Positions 40,175 through 51,315 of a stretch of 64,000 bases of DNA are shown in pieces; position 1 is the first letter of the stretch, and each line of letters starts with the position of its first letter. The position numbers were made by a program, and so were the translations under genes. The notes under the pieces are model-generated. The model saw only the letters and a list, made by a program, of their open reading frames with translations, did no database searches and was not told the origin of the DNA. Source of the stretch: Bacilli bacterium (lineage in GTDB: Bacteria; Bacillota_I; Bacilli_A; ML615J-28; CAG-313). The stretch covers positions 66,237-130,236 of the forward strand of contig JAGBDV010000001.1 of NCBI GenBank assembly GCA_017937305.1, written 5' to 3'.

Positions 40175-43100
40175 TTATTTAGAGTAATCCATTGAAAGAT
40201 ATTTTTGATACATTGCGTATCTTCTCTTAGCTTCTTCTTTATTAACAGCTAATAATTCTTCAGCCTTAGCAGGGTTGATGTTCTTTAATTGAGCATAACG
40301 AGTTTCACCCATTAAGTATTCATCATATAAATCCCAGTTAGGTTCTTTAGAGTCAATTTGAAGTGGGTTAAGACCTTGTTCAGCACGACGAGGGTCGAAA
40401 CGAAGAAGTGTCCAATAACCACATTCAACAGCAAGTTTAGCTTCAACTTGTGATTTGCCCATACCTTTTCTTAAACCATGGTTGATACATGGTGAATAAG
40501 CAATAACGATTGATGGACCTTTGTAAGATTCAGCTTCACGCATAGCTTTTAATAATTGAGCTTGGCTAGCACCGTGAGATACATATGCAACATATACATG
40601 ACCATAAGACATTGCGATAGCAGCTAAGTCTTTCTTCTTACCACATTTACCACTAGCTGTGAATTTAGCGATAGAAGCAGTTGGAGATGATTTAGATGAT
40701 TGACCACCAGTATTTGAGTAAACTTCTGTGTCAAGTACTAAAATGTTAATATCTTCTTGGTTAGCGATAACATGGTCTAGACCACCGTAACCGATGTCAT
40801 AAGCCCATCCGTCACCACCGAATACCCATTGTGAACGTTTAACTAAATGATCTTTTAATGAAAGGATACGTTTAGCAACATCACAACCACATTCTTGAAG
40901 AAGTGGAACTAACTTATCAGCAACTTCTCTAGTTACTTGATAATCATCTTTATTTGCAAGCCATGTCTTGAATAATTCTTGAACTTCAGGTTTACCATGA
41001 CCTTCTTCTAATGCATTTTCCATTAATGTAGCAATTTGATCACGAAGAGCATTACCACCAGCAAGCATACCGAAACCAAATTCAGCATTGTCTTCGAATA
41101 GTGAGTTAGCCCATGCAGGACCTTGACCTTTTTCGTTAGTTGTATATGGAGAAGCAGGGAATGAACCACCATAAATTGATGAACATCCTGTTGCGTTAGC
41201 AACTACCATATGATCACCGAATAATTGAGAAATTAATTTAACATATGGAGTTTCACCACATCCACCACAAGCACCTGAGAATTCAAATAATGGTTGAGCA
41301 AATTGAGAGTTCTTAGGGTTAGCAGTCTTATCTACTAATGAATCTTTATAAGATACATTTTCGAAGAAATATTTAGCTTGTTCAGCTTGACCAGCGTTAA
41401 CTGCAGTTTCAATTGGAACCATCTTAAGAGCTTTTTCACCTTTCTTACCAGGACATGTGTTTACACAAACTTCACAACCTGTACAGTCAAGTGTAGAAAT
41501 TTGGATAGAGTATTTTAATCCTTCTAAGCCTTTACCAATTGCAGGAAGTACGATTGTTCCTTCTGGAGCATTAGCCATTTCTTCTTCAGTAGCAAGGAAT
41601 GGACGAACTACAGCATGTGGACAAGCGAATGCACATTGGTTACATTGAATACAGTTTTCAGAATTCCATTGAGGAACGAAGTTAGCAATACCACGTTTTT
41701 CCCATGCAGCTGTACCAGCAGGTAATGTACCATCTTCATAACCATTGAATGCAGAAACTGGTAAGTCATAACCTTTAACAGCGTTAACTGGATCACAAAC
41801 GTTTCTTACAAATTCTGGACGGTTTTGATCAACTGCTACTACTTCTGGTTCAAGTTTCTTCCATGCAGATTTAACTTTAACTTCAACTAGTGCATCTCCA
41901 CCAGCATCAATAGCTTTGTAGTTTAAGTCAACGATAGCTTGACCTTTCTTAGAATAAGCTTTGAATGCATATTTCTTCATTAAATCTTGAGCAGTTTCAT
42001 AAGGCATGATTTGTTCATTTAATTTGAAGAATGCAGATTGTAAAATAGTATTAGTTCTACCACCAAGACCGATTTCGCGAGCTAGGTTAACAGCATCGAT
42101 AATATAGAATTTAGCATGTTTTTCAGCTAATTGTTTCTTGAATGAATTAGGTAAGTGTTCTTCGATTTCTTTCTTAGAATGAACTGTGTTAAGTAAGAAT
42201 GTACCACCATCTTTAAGTGCTGATAACATATCATATTTACCAACATATGATTCTAATGAACATGAAACGAAGTCAGCTGTAGATACTAAGTAAGGAGCGT
42301 TAACTGGTTTAGGACCAAAACGTAAGTGAGAACGAGTTACACCACCAGATTTTTTAGAGTCATATGCGAAGTAAGCTTGAGCATATTGATCTGTGTTGTC
42401 ACCGATGATTTTAATAGTGTTCTTATTAGCACCAACTGTACCATCACTACCAAGACCCCAGAATACAAGTTCTGTAGCACCATCTAATAATTTAACTTCT
42501 TTACCAACTGGAATTGATAGGTTAGTAACATCATCATTGATACCAACTGTGAAACCATTCCAACCTTTTTTAGCTAAGTGAGCAAATACAGCAATCATTT
42601 GAGCAGGAGTAGTATCTTTGCTAGATAAACCGAATCTACCACCGATGATGAATGGAGCTTTCTTACCATTGTAAGCAGCACATACATCTAGGTATAGAGG
42701 TTCACCAAGACATCCTGGTTCTTTAGTTCTGTCAAGAACAGCAATTCTCTTAACTGTTTCAGGTAATACTTTGAATAAGTATTCAGTAGCAAATGGACGA
42801 TATAAGTGAACATTTACACAACCAACTTTTTTACCTTTTGAATTTAAGTAATCAACTGCTTGTTTAATTGTGTCACAAACTGAACCCATTGCAATAATAA
42901 CATCAGTAGCATCTTCTGCACCATAGTAAACAAATGGAGCATATTCTCTACCAGTTACTTTAGAGATTTCAGACATGTATTCTGCAACAACTGCAGGAAC
43001 TTCGTTATAGAATTTATTTTGAGCTTCTCTAGTTTGGAAGTAAACGTCATCATTTTGAGCAGTACCACGAGTTACTGGATGTTCAAATGTTAAAGCACGT

Positions 43101-43717
43101 TTACGGAATGCTTCTACAGCATCACGATCTAATAATTTATCAAATACTTCATAATCCATAACTTCAACTTTTTGAATTTCGTGTGAAGTACGGAAACCAT
43201 CAAAGAAGTGCATAAATGGAACGCTAGTTTTAATAGCAGAAAGGTGAGCAACACCACCTAAGTCCATAACTTCTTGAACTGAAGAAGATGCAAGCATAGC
43301 AAAACCAGTTTGACGACAAGCCATAACGTCTTGGTGATCGCCAAAGATAGATAAGCTTTGTGCAGCAAGAGCACGAGCAGAAACATGCATTACACCTGGT
43401 AATAATTCACCAGCGATTTTGTACATGTTTGGAACTTTTAATAATAAACCTTGAGAGGCAGTAAATGTTGTAGTTAATGCACCAGCTTGAAGTGAACCGT
43501 GAACTGTACCAGCAGCACCAGCTTCTGATTGCATTTCAACAACTTTGATTGGCATACCAAATAGGTTTTTCTTACCTTTTGATGACCATTCTTCTAAATA
43601 CTCAGCCATTGGTGATGACGGAGTAATAGGGTAGATACCAGCTACTTCAGTAAATGCATAGGCACACCAAGCAGCTGCTTGATTCCCATCCATAGATTGG
43701 AAAACTTTTTTAGACAT
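40175..43717 (-). CDS. nifJ: Pyruvate:ferredoxin (flavodoxin) oxidoreductase
   Basis: YPITPSS, SEAGAAG, two 4Fe-4S motifs, NATGCSSIYGG, GGDGWAYDIG. Confidence 0.97.
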   Translation of the reverse strand: MSKKVFQSMDGNQAAAWCAYAFTEVAGIYPITPSSPMAEYLEEWSSKGKKNLFGMPIKVVEMQSEAGAAGTVHGSLQAGALTTTFTASQGLLLKVPNMYKIAGELLPGVMHVSARALAAQSLSIFGDHQDVMACRQTGFAMLASSSVQEVMDLGGVAHLSAIKTSVPFMHFFDGFRTSHEIQKVEVMDYEVFDKLLDRDAVEAFRKRALTFEHPVTRGTAQNDDVYFQTREAQNKFYNEVPAVVAEYMSEISKVTGREYAPFVYYGAEDATDVIIAMGSVCDTIKQAVDYLNSKGKKVGCVNVHLYRPFATEYLFKVLPETVKRIAVLDRTKEPGCLGEPLYLDVCAAYNGKKAPFIIGGRFGLSSKDTTPAQMIAVFAHLAKKGWNGFTVGINDDVTNLSIPVGKEVKLLDGATELVFWGLGSDGTVGANKNTIKIIGDNTDQYAQAYFAYDSKKSGGVTRSHLRFGPKPVNAPYLVSTADFVSCSLESYVGKYDMLSALKDGGTFLLNTVHSKKEIEEHLPNSFKKQLAEKHAKFYIIDAVNLAREIGLGGRTNTILQSAFFKLNEQIMPYETAQDLMKKYAFKAYSKKGQAIVDLNYKAIDAGGDALVEVKVKSAWKKLEPEVVAVDQNRPEFVRNVCDPVNAVKGYDLPVSAFNGYEDGTLPAGTAAWEKRGIANFVPQWNSENCIQCNQCAFACPHAVVRPFLATEEEMANAPEGTIVLPAIGKGLEGLKYSIQISTLDCTGCEVCVNTCPGKKGEKALKMVPIETAVNAGQAEQAKYFFENVSYKDSLVDKTANPKNSQFAQPLFEFSGACGGCGETPYVKLISQLFGDHMVVANATGCSSIYGGSFPASPYTTNEKGQGPAWANSLFEDNAEFGFGMLAGGNALRDQIATLMENALEEGHGKPEVQELFKTWLANKDDYQVTREVADKLVPLLQECGCDVAKRILSLKDHLVKRSQWVFGGDGWAYDIGYGGLDHVIANQEDINILVLDTEVYSNTGGQSSKSSPTASIAKFTASGKCGKKKDLAAIAMSYGHVYVAYVSHGASQAQLLKAMREAESYKGPSIVIAYSPCINHGLRKGMGKSQVEAKLAVECGYWTLLRFDPRRAEQGLNPLQIDSKEPNWDLYDEYLMGETRYAQLKNINPAKAEELLAVNKEEAKRRYAMYQKYLSMDYSK

Positions 43718-43865
43718 AAATAATTCCTCCTATTTATTTCATACGAATCTATTATATCATAATTTGTCTTTTTTGAAAAGAGAAAATACCTATAATTTAT
43801 ATTAGCGTCTTTTTTTAAAGGAATAAAAGAAAAAGGTACTACTTAAATAGCACCTTATTTTTTAA

Positions 43866-44993
43866 TTAATCTTCTTGTTTTTTTCCCCATCTACAAAATC
43901 TTCCGATAAAACTTACAACTACACCACATGCAAATGCAAATAAGCTTGCGATAACAGCAAATGTAAAGTTACCATACATAAATAAATTTAAGATTCTTGA
44001 ATATTCTGTATAGTGATAGCTTAAGTAATAATCTTGAGAAATTAATGTTGCAAATGTTAATAAACCAAATGTAATTACTCCATTACCAATACTATTAATA
44101 AATGCACGAGGGTATTTTCTTCCTCTTGCTCCTTGTAAGCCTTTAAAGATTAAACCAATTAATCCACCTACAATAACTACTAATACTACACTTATGCAAA
44201 ATAGCGGGAATGGATTATAGAAGTTTGCATCATTTGTCACTGCTTTAACTTTATCAATTAATCCTAAGTCTTTATAAGCTTCCTGGTTCCATACAGCTTT
44301 ATCGATAGTCCATGCATTTTTCCAAGCACCTAAGAAATGTTTTAAATAAACTCCTTTATTTCTAAAATCTAAAGTAGTTAATTCCATTAGTTCATAGTCA
44401 TGACCAAAATATGCAAGTAAAAATTCATCTGCAACCCATTGAATTGCGTTATTAGTTAAGTATTCTTTTACTTCATCATTAGTTGTAAGTCCAGTTGATT
44501 CTTTAACAATTTTATAAATGTTAGATTTATACGTACTTAATTCTGCATAAACCTCAATTAGTCTTTCACTTTCAAATTCATTTTCTCCTAACGAATCTAC
44601 TAGCATTTTTTCAACTATTGCCATTTCTTCTTCTGTTGATTGAGCATTAAGTGGTCCTGTACCACCAATTTGGGCTTCATAAATTTTATTTAAGACTTCA
44701 TATTTATTAACTTCATAGAATTTTTCTGGATCTTCTTCAATGATTGATAAAGCAAACTCATTATAAGTTTTAAAGTTCTTCTTGAATTCTTCTTGAGAGT
44801 CTTTATCCATTTTACTAAAATCAGCTTTATTTCTGTATATAGCAAGTGTTGGATCAATGATTGTTGCAATCATCTCTGTATTATTTTGATTAATTTTATC
44901 TTCATCAAACTTATAAATAGGAGTTACAAACATAAGTACTAATGCTATAGTACTAACTAAAAACATCACTGTATATAATAATTTCTTTAACAT
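43866..44993 (-). CDS. Hypothetical membrane protein with a large extracytoplasmic loop
   Basis: Start MLKKLL at 44993 behind AAGGAGG; N-terminal TM plus C-terminal TM helices. Confidence 0.65.
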   Translation of the reverse strand: MLKKLLYTVMFLVSTIALVLMFVTPIYKFDEDKINQNNTEMIATIIDPTLAIYRNKADFSKMDKDSQEEFKKNFKTYNEFALSIIEEDPEKFYEVNKYEVLNKIYEAQIGGTGPLNAQSTEEEMAIVEKMLVDSLGENEFESERLIEVYAELSTYKSNIYKIVKESTGLTTNDEVKEYLTNNAIQWVADEFLLAYFGHDYELMELTTLDFRNKGVYLKHFLGAWKNAWTIDKAVWNQEAYKDLGLIDKVKAVTNDANFYNPFPLFCISVVLVVIVGGLIGLIFKGLQGARGRKYPRAFINSIGNGVITFGLLTFATLISQDYYLSYHYTEYSRILNLFMYGNFTFAVIASLFAFACGVVVSFIGRFCRWGKKQED

Positions 44994-45094
44994 TGATAAA
45001 ACCTCCTTTAATGTAAGTGTATTATACACTTTTTTTTAACTTATTGCAACATTTTATAATCATTTTTTTGATAATTATGTTATACTAATCCTAG

Positions 45095-46735
45095 ATGGAG
45101 GGAAAAGATATGAAAGCTTTACTTATTGGTATTAATTCAAAATACATTCATCCTAGTGTTTCTTTATACCAACTTCGTGCAAATACTACATATGAATGTG
45201 ATTTAATTGAGCTTACAATCAAAGATAGAATAAATACGATACTTGATAAATTAAATAAACTTGAATTATCTAGTTATAATGTTTTTGCATGTTCATGTTA
45301 TTTATGGAATATCGATAAATATTTAGAACTTATACCTATTTTAAAAACATATAATTCTTCTGCAAAAATTGTCTTTGGAGGACCAGAAGTAGCATATGAT
45401 GCAAATTATTTCTTATCAAATTTTTCCTATATCGATTATATTTTAGAAGGTGAAGGTGAGCTTAGTTTCCATGAACTTTTAGAATATTTAGATAATAAAA
45501 GATCAATAAATAATGTATCTAATCTACATTATTTAGAATATAATTTACCTAGCTTTACATATGCAGCACATCCTGATTTAAATAAAATTAAGCTTGCTAC
45601 ACTAGATATTTTAGACTATCAAAATAGAATAATTTATCTAGAATCAAGTCGTGGATGTCCATATCATTGTAGTTATTGTACCGCATCATTAGATAATTTA
45701 GTTAGATACTTTCCACTTGAAAAAGTACTAAATATTCTTTATACTTTAATGATTAACAAGACTAAAGTTGTGAAATTTTTAGATAGAACCTTTAATGCAA
45801 ACTATGAATATATGATGCAGATTTTAGACTTTATTGACATGCACAATATATGTACAGTATTCCAATTTGAAGTTGTTGGAGAGCTTATAAAAGAAGAAAC
45901 AATAAATAAAATTGCAAATTTAAAATCTAAATATCTTCGTTTTGAAATAGGTATTCAATCTACAAATAATATTGTAAATGAAGCAGTATGCAGACGTCAA
46001 AATATGGATAAACTAAAGAAGAATATATATCTATTAAACAAGACAAATAAAGTAGATTTACATATTGATTTAATTGCGGGACTTCCATATGAGACAAAAG
46101 AATCTTTTATTAATTCATTTAATGAAGCATTTTTATTAAGAGGAAAAGAGTTACAACTAGGCTTCTTAAAATTCTTAAGAGGAACTAAAATGCTTGATAT
46201 GGTTGATGAACATGAGTATAAATATTCAAAGAAAGCTCCATATGAAATTATATCAAATAAATATTTATCAAGTGATGATTTAAAAGAAATAGAAATGGTT
46301 GAGAAGTCTTTAAATAGATATTATAATAGTGGTATACTTCCAAAACTATTTAATTATCTTTTAGATAATAATTTAGTTTCATCATATTATGAATTCTTTA
46401 AAGGTTTATATAAAGAATTAGAACATTATCAAAAAGATGAATTATTTAAAATACTTGATGATTATTTAAAATTATTATTCCCAGAAAACTATGATTATTT
46501 ACATCATATTTTATTAATTGATTACTTAGAAAACTTTAAAGTAAAACCTAAGATTTGGTGGGATTATAAAAAAATTGAAAATAGAGAAGAATTATTTAAT
46601 ACTATATGTATGAAAATTCCATCTCTTTCTTTAGAACTTCTTTATAGGTATAGTGTTGTGTTGATTTATAAAAATGAAGTCTTCCTTATTATATATAAAG
46701 ATTTTAATGCTACATCATACAAAGTTACATTATAA
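45095..46735 (+). CDS. B12-binding-domain radical SAM protein (DUF4080-type C-terminus)
   Basis: GGPEV, ESSRGCPYHCSYC, DRTFN, EIGIQS, DLIAGLP. Confidence 0.85.
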   Translation: MEGKDMKALLIGINSKYIHPSVSLYQLRANTTYECDLIELTIKDRINTILDKLNKLELSSYNVFACSCYLWNIDKYLELIPILKTYNSSAKIVFGGPEVAYDANYFLSNFSYIDYILEGEGELSFHELLEYLDNKRSINNVSNLHYLEYNLPSFTYAAHPDLNKIKLATLDILDYQNRIIYLESSRGCPYHCSYCTASLDNLVRYFPLEKVLNILYTLMINKTKVVKFLDRTFNANYEYMMQILDFIDMHNICTVFQFEVVGELIKEETINKIANLKSKYLRFEIGIQSTNNIVNEAVCRRQNMDKLKKNIYLLNKTNKVDLHIDLIAGLPYETKESFINSFNEAFLLRGKELQLGFLKFLRGTKMLDMVDEHEYKYSKKAPYEIISNKYLSSDDLKEIEMVEKSLNRYYNSGILPKLFNYLLDNNLVSSYYEFFKGLYKELEHYQKDELFKILDDYLKLLFPENYDYLHHILLIDYLENFKVKPKIWWDYKKIENREELFNTICMKIPSLSLELLYRYSVVLIYKNEVFLIIYKDFNATSYKVTL

Positions 46736-46766
46736 CAAAAGACTAGTAATTTTATTACTAGTCTTT

Positions 46767-47096
46767 TTAAAATGGAATATACATTAAAAATCCAAAGCTA
46801 AATGAAGTTAAATTAAGAATTAAACTTAATAAAAGAGCTTTTTTAAATTTTTTAATTTTAATATTATATATTAAAACTTCAACAAATAAAATTACAATTT
46901 CTAATGCTGCAACAACAACTATATATTTCCATAACTCAGAATTAACAAATTGATTTACAATCAAGTTTAAACTAACATTTGTTATGATATTGATAATAAT
47001 AGAATAAATTAAGAATACAAGGTTCTTTTTTATTATTAGAATAACGATGCCTTCTATTAAAATTGTTAAGATAAGTGCTTTTATTATTTCCCACAT
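46767..47096 (-). CDS. Small 4-TM membrane protein with polar intramembrane residues
   Basis: LTILIE, NIITN, EIVILFVE, NLTS motifs. Confidence 0.65.
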   Translation of the reverse strand: MWEIIKALILTILIEGIVILIIKKNLVFLIYSIIINIITNVSLNLIVNQFVNSELWKYIVVVAALEIVILFVEVLIYNIKIKKFKKALLLSLILNLTSFSFGFLMYIPF

Positions 47097-48121
47097 TTTT
47101 CTAACCTCGTCGTATAATAAATACCATAAATAGAAAGTACAACTGAAAGAATTACTAAAATTGTATAACTTATTACTTCATATTGATATATAAGACCTAT
47201 CGCAACTCCTGGAAATAGTGATGCAGCTAGTAATCCAAAGTTTAATCCTTCATATCCAGGATTTATTTTATTTAATTCAAATAATGTTATTGGCATGCTT
47301 ATATTAATAAGAATAGTGCCTATTAACATTAGAATAAAAATATGATCTAACAATAATAATATAATTCCACATAAAACTAAACTTACAAAGATTACTTTTA
47401 AGCTTCCAAATATATCTTTAAGTAATCCACCAATAAACTTTCCAAATGCGCTTGCAATTCCAAGTAACGCAATAAATGTTATATTCATTTCAAAATCATA
47501 GTGTATTATTTTTCCTACAAACGATCTAATAAATACTACAACTACTATAAACATTACTGCAAATATTTTTTTAGACATTTTAATTTCATTAGCAATAGGT
47601 TTAATTTCTTTATTTAAGTTCTCTTTATATAATAAACATACTACAATTATTAAGATGATGTAAAGAATAATCGGAATTATTAATAATATAGTAGTATTTT
47701 TAAAGTTAGATCCAAGCATTAATCCTATTGCACCTAATGAAACAAATAGTCCTAAATGCCATGCTTTGTTAGTTGAAAAATTAGTGCAAATTTTTCCTCC
47801 TGCTACATGGAATAGTTGATTAGCAAGCCCTAAGAATACACAAGATAAAATTAAATTATTTAATGCTGCTCCTAAAATAATAAATAAAACTGTAGCAAGT
47901 AATAAAGGTTTTTCCTTATGAAACTTATCAATAAGTATACCTGCAAGTGGCTGCATTAAAAAAGCAACCCCATTGTATAAAATAAATATTAAAGTATGAT
48001 CAAAAATATAAATATTACTTAAGCCTTGCATTACTTTAAATACACAGACTAAATCACATAGAAAATGTAAGATTGATAATATATAAATTATACATTGATT
48101 TTTACCACTAATTTTTTCCAT
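47084..48121 (-). CDS. MFS-like multi-pass membrane protein
   Basis: About 12 hydrophobic segments; HFLCD, QPLAG, NQLFHVAGG. Confidence 0.65.
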   Translation of the reverse strand: MEKISGKNQCIIYILSILHFLCDLVCVFKVMQGLSNIYIFDHTLIFILYNGVAFLMQPLAGILIDKFHKEKPLLLATVLFIILGAALNNLILSCVFLGLANQLFHVAGGKICTNFSTNKAWHLGLFVSLGAIGLMLGSNFKNTTILLIIPIILYIILIIVVCLLYKENLNKEIKPIANEIKMSKKIFAVMFIVVVVFIRSFVGKIIHYDFEMNITFIALLGIASAFGKFIGGLLKDIFGSLKVIFVSLVLCGIILLLLDHIFILMLIGTILINISMPITLFELNKINPGYEGLNFGLLAASLFPGVAIGLIYQYEVISYTILVILSVVLSIYGIYYTTRLEKCGK

Positions 48122-48126
48122 AAATT

Positions 48127-48585
48127 TTATTCAGGTTGTTCTACTGGAATTATTTCATATTCTATTGTGACATTTACAACTAATCTAATAAAATTTCTTT
48201 TTCCAGTATCATAAACAATAATATCTTCTTCTGTAAAATCATATGGTAAAGTTATTTCAATTTCAGTTCGATCTTCTTTAGTTAAAATGATAGATTCAAT
48301 ATGGTGTGAAATTATTTCAATTTCATAGTAGCATTCATCTTCTTTAGAATAATATTTTCCTGTCTTTAGTGCTTTGGCTACTTGATTATTTATAGTAGTT
48401 GAATCTAAAGTTGTAACATTAGTAGCAATCTTTGAGTTTATTTCATTACGCGATGATAAAAAGTCATCTATAATAACAGTATTGATTTCTAAAGTAGTAC
48501 GTTGATCTCTACATGCATTAAAAGGGGATGCAACATCTAAAAATAAAAGTCCTGCACAAATTAATAATAATCTAAAATTTTTCAT
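48127..48585 (-). CDS. Hypothetical exported protein
   Basis: Short signal peptide followed by DVASP; first gene of a tightly packed 3-gene run. Confidence 0.6.
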   Translation of the reverse strand: MKNFRLLLICAGLLFLDVASPFNACRDQRTTLEINTVIIDDFLSSRNEINSKIATNVTTLDSTTINNQVAKALKTGKYYSKEDECYYEIEIISHHIESIILTKEDRTEIEITLPYDFTEEDIIVYDTGKRNFIRLVVNVTIEYEIIPVEQPE

Positions 48586-48709
48586 AGTTTTCCTCCTCTA
48601 TATAAATAAAACAAATAAGTTACAATATTGTGACTTTTTTATATTATATAATTTCTTTTTTAAATTGTAAACTAATATATAAAGAAAAACAAAGAATTAC
48701 TTCTTTGTT

Positions 48710-49573
48710 TTAATCATTTTTATTTTTTCCAAATATTTCTTGATAGATAATACTTTTAGATACTTTTCTATCTTTTGCAACCATCTTTAAAGCTTCTTTA
48801 AAATGAATTCCTTGTTCGATATAGAAGTTATAGTGTTCTTTGATAGATAAATTATTTAAATCACTTGTAACATCATCTTCTTGTTTACCTTCAATTATTA
48901 AAACCATTTCACCCTTTATTTCTTCTACTACTTCTAATATTTCAGAAACTGTTCCTCTTAGTATTTCTTCATATTTTTTTGTTAGTTCTCTTGATAAAGT
49001 AATTTTTCTATTACCAAAGATTTCTTTTATATCTTCTAGTGTTTCTTTAATTCGATGAGGTGCTTCATAAATAATAAGGGTTTCTTCTTTATCAACTAGA
49101 TTTAAAAGTTCTTTTTTTCTTAAAGATTGTTTACTATTTAAGAAACCATGAAAATAAAAGTTTTTTGTTGGAAGTCCGCTTGCGCAAAGTGCTGTAAGTG
49201 ATGCAGATACTCCTGGGATAACTACGACATCAATACCCTCTTCTAATGCATCATGGCATGCGAGATAACCTGGATCACTAATTCCTGGAAGTCCAGCATC
49301 TGATACTACTGCAATGTTTTTTCCATTTTTGATTTGTTCTACTAATCCTTTTGTAAGATCATTTTCTGTCATTACATTATATGCTTTTAAAGGTGTATGA
49401 ATATCAAAATGACTTAATAATTTAGATGTTATTCTTGTATCTTCACAGTATATTAAGTCTACTTGTTTTAATGTTTCTATAGCTCTAAAAGTCATATCAT
49501 CAAAGTTTCCAATTGGAGTTCCGATTAGATATAACTTTGGACTATCGTTATTTGATTTTTGTCTTTTAAGCAT
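48710..49573 (-). CDS. rsmI: 16S rRNA (cytidine1402-2'-O)-methyltransferase
   Basis: TPIGN..D.T.RA, EDTR, VSDAG.P.ISDPG, RELTK.YEE. Confidence 0.95.
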   Translation of the reverse strand: MLKRQKSNNDSPKLYLIGTPIGNFDDMTFRAIETLKQVDLIYCEDTRITSKLLSHFDIHTPLKAYNVMTENDLTKGLVEQIKNGKNIAVVSDAGLPGISDPGYLACHDALEEGIDVVVIPGVSASLTALCASGLPTKNFYFHGFLNSKQSLRKKELLNLVDKEETLIIYEAPHRIKETLEDIKEIFGNRKITLSRELTKKYEEILRGTVSEILEVVEEIKGEMVLIIEGKQEDDVTSDLNNLSIKEHYNFYIEQGIHFKEALKMVAKDRKVSKSIIYQEIFGKNKND

Positions 49574-50324
49574 GGTTATCCTCTTTATAATTAAAGATTT
49601 TTAAGATTTCTTTTGTATATTTATTTTCTTCATTATATACATATAGTGGTGGTAGGATTTTTAAACCACCTTTTTTCTTTGATTTTTTTCCTTCAATAAA
49701 TACTACTAGTGCTTCTTCTGAAGAAGTCTTAGGGTATACAAATAATAATCTTTTTGGTTCTATATTATTATTTCTAAAGGCTTCTAAAATATCCATTAGT
49801 CTTTCTACACGGTGTACCATTGCGAAAGTTCCACCATCTTTTAACAATACGTTAGCAGAATGTACTACATCATTAAGTGTTACTTTTACTTCATGTCTTG
49901 CAATTTTTAAGTATTCGCTTTCTTTTACTAAAGAGTCGTCTGAATATTTAAAATATGGTGGATTAGATGTTACAACATCATACTGAGCAACACCTAGTGT
50001 TTTATGAATTTCTTTCATATCACCATTATAAATAGTGATTTGTTCTGTTAGGTTGTTTAGTTCTACACTTCTTTTTGCTAGATCAAAACTTTCTTCTTGA
50101 ATTTCTACACCATGTATTAAAGCTTTAGTCCTTAAAGATAAGAAGATGGGAACATAACCATTCCCACATCCTAAGTCTATAATTTTTTTAGTAGTTTTAT
50201 TTATCCCTACATAATATGCAAGAATAGTTGAATCAAGTGAAAAATTAAACATATCAGGTCTTTGAATTATTTTTAGTCCTGGATATCCTAATAAATCGTT
50301 TACTACTTCGTTATTTTTTATCAT
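49566..50324 (-). CDS. tRNA1(Val) A37 N6-methyltransferase (YabB/TrmN6-like)
   Basis: FSLDS, DLGCGNG, NPPYF, IARHE. Confidence 0.88.
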   Translation of the reverse strand: MIKNNEVVNDLLGYPGLKIIQRPDMFNFSLDSTILAYYVGINKTTKKIIDLGCGNGYVPIFLSLRTKALIHGVEIQEESFDLAKRSVELNNLTEQITIYNGDMKEIHKTLGVAQYDVVTSNPPYFKYSDDSLVKESEYLKIARHEVKVTLNDVVHSANVLLKDGGTFAMVHRVERLMDILEAFRNNNIEPKRLLFVYPKTSSEEALVVFIEGKKSKKKGGLKILPPLYVYNEENKYTKEILKIFNYKEDNHA

Positions 50325-51306
50325 TTTTATTATTCTTTTTCTTCTTATTATTTTTATTATTTTTTACAAATGGTTTGTAGATTTTTTTCTTTCCTTTATC
50401 TTCTTCTTTTTCTACAACTACTTCATCTACATTTTCTACTGGTTCTTCACTTAAATCGTTTGTTACAACCAATTCGCAATCTGGTTCGTTAGGGTTACGT
50501 GGTACAACTAGTGATACTTGTTTTGCTTCATAGCGTACTGGAGCTCCATCTGGGTTTTCTTGTACCGAAACGATCTTTTTGATATAGTCTACATTTACTA
50601 CTTTGCAACAAGCACAGTTAGGTGTTTTTACAAGTTGCCCAATGTTTGGAACTTCTTTCTTTAGTTCAAGATATAGTTCATGTTCATATCCAATACAGCA
50701 CATTAGTTTTCCACAAACACCACTGATTTTATTAGTGTTTAAACTCATACCTTGGTCTTTAGCCATTTTCATTGTTACAAAATCAAAGTTATTTAAGCAT
50801 GTTTTACAACAAATAACTCTTCCACAACTACCAAGTCCACCTACTACTCTTGCAGCTTCACGTGGTCCTATTTGACGTAGTTCTACACGTGTTTTAAAGT
50901 GTGGGGTAAGTAACTTTAATAACTCTCTAAAGTCGACTCTATCTTCAGCAGAATAATAGAAGATTACTTTTGAAGAGTCAATTGTATATTCACAATAAAG
51001 TGGTTTCATTGGAAGATTTAGTTCATTAACATATTTTTTGAATATATTGAAACTTTCTGGTGCCATTTCTTCATGTTTCTTTTCAATAATTAAATCATGA
51101 TTATTAGCTTTTCTGATTACTGGTTTTAGTTCATGTGATAGTTCATCATCTTCAACATTTCGGTTTTCGATAATGACTTTACCTAGTTCTAAGCCCCTTA
51201 CTGTTTCAACTATTGCGTATTCACCTACTTTAAATTTATATTCTAGTGGTGAAAAGTAATATACTCTACTGGCATTTTTAAACTGAATGCCTACAATTTC
51301 TTTCAT
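50311..51306 (-). CDS. ricT: PSP1-domain protein (Stage 0 sporulation YaaT/RicT)
   Basis: RVDFREL, ELRQIG.R, G.CGR.ICC, ISG.CGKLMCC. Confidence 0.88.
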   Translation of the reverse strand: MKEIVGIQFKNASRVYYFSPLEYKFKVGEYAIVETVRGLELGKVIIENRNVEDDELSHELKPVIRKANNHDLIIEKKHEEMAPESFNIFKKYVNELNLPMKPLYCEYTIDSSKVIFYYSAEDRVDFRELLKLLTPHFKTRVELRQIGPREAARVVGGLGSCGRVICCKTCLNNFDFVTMKMAKDQGMSLNTNKISGVCGKLMCCIGYEHELYLELKKEVPNIGQLVKTPNCACCKVVNVDYIKKIVSVQENPDGAPVRYEAKQVSLVVPRNPNEPDCELVVTNDLSEEPVENVDEVVVEKEEDKGKKKIYKPFVKNNKNNKKKKNNKNDKK

Positions 51307-51315
51307 TGTATCCTC

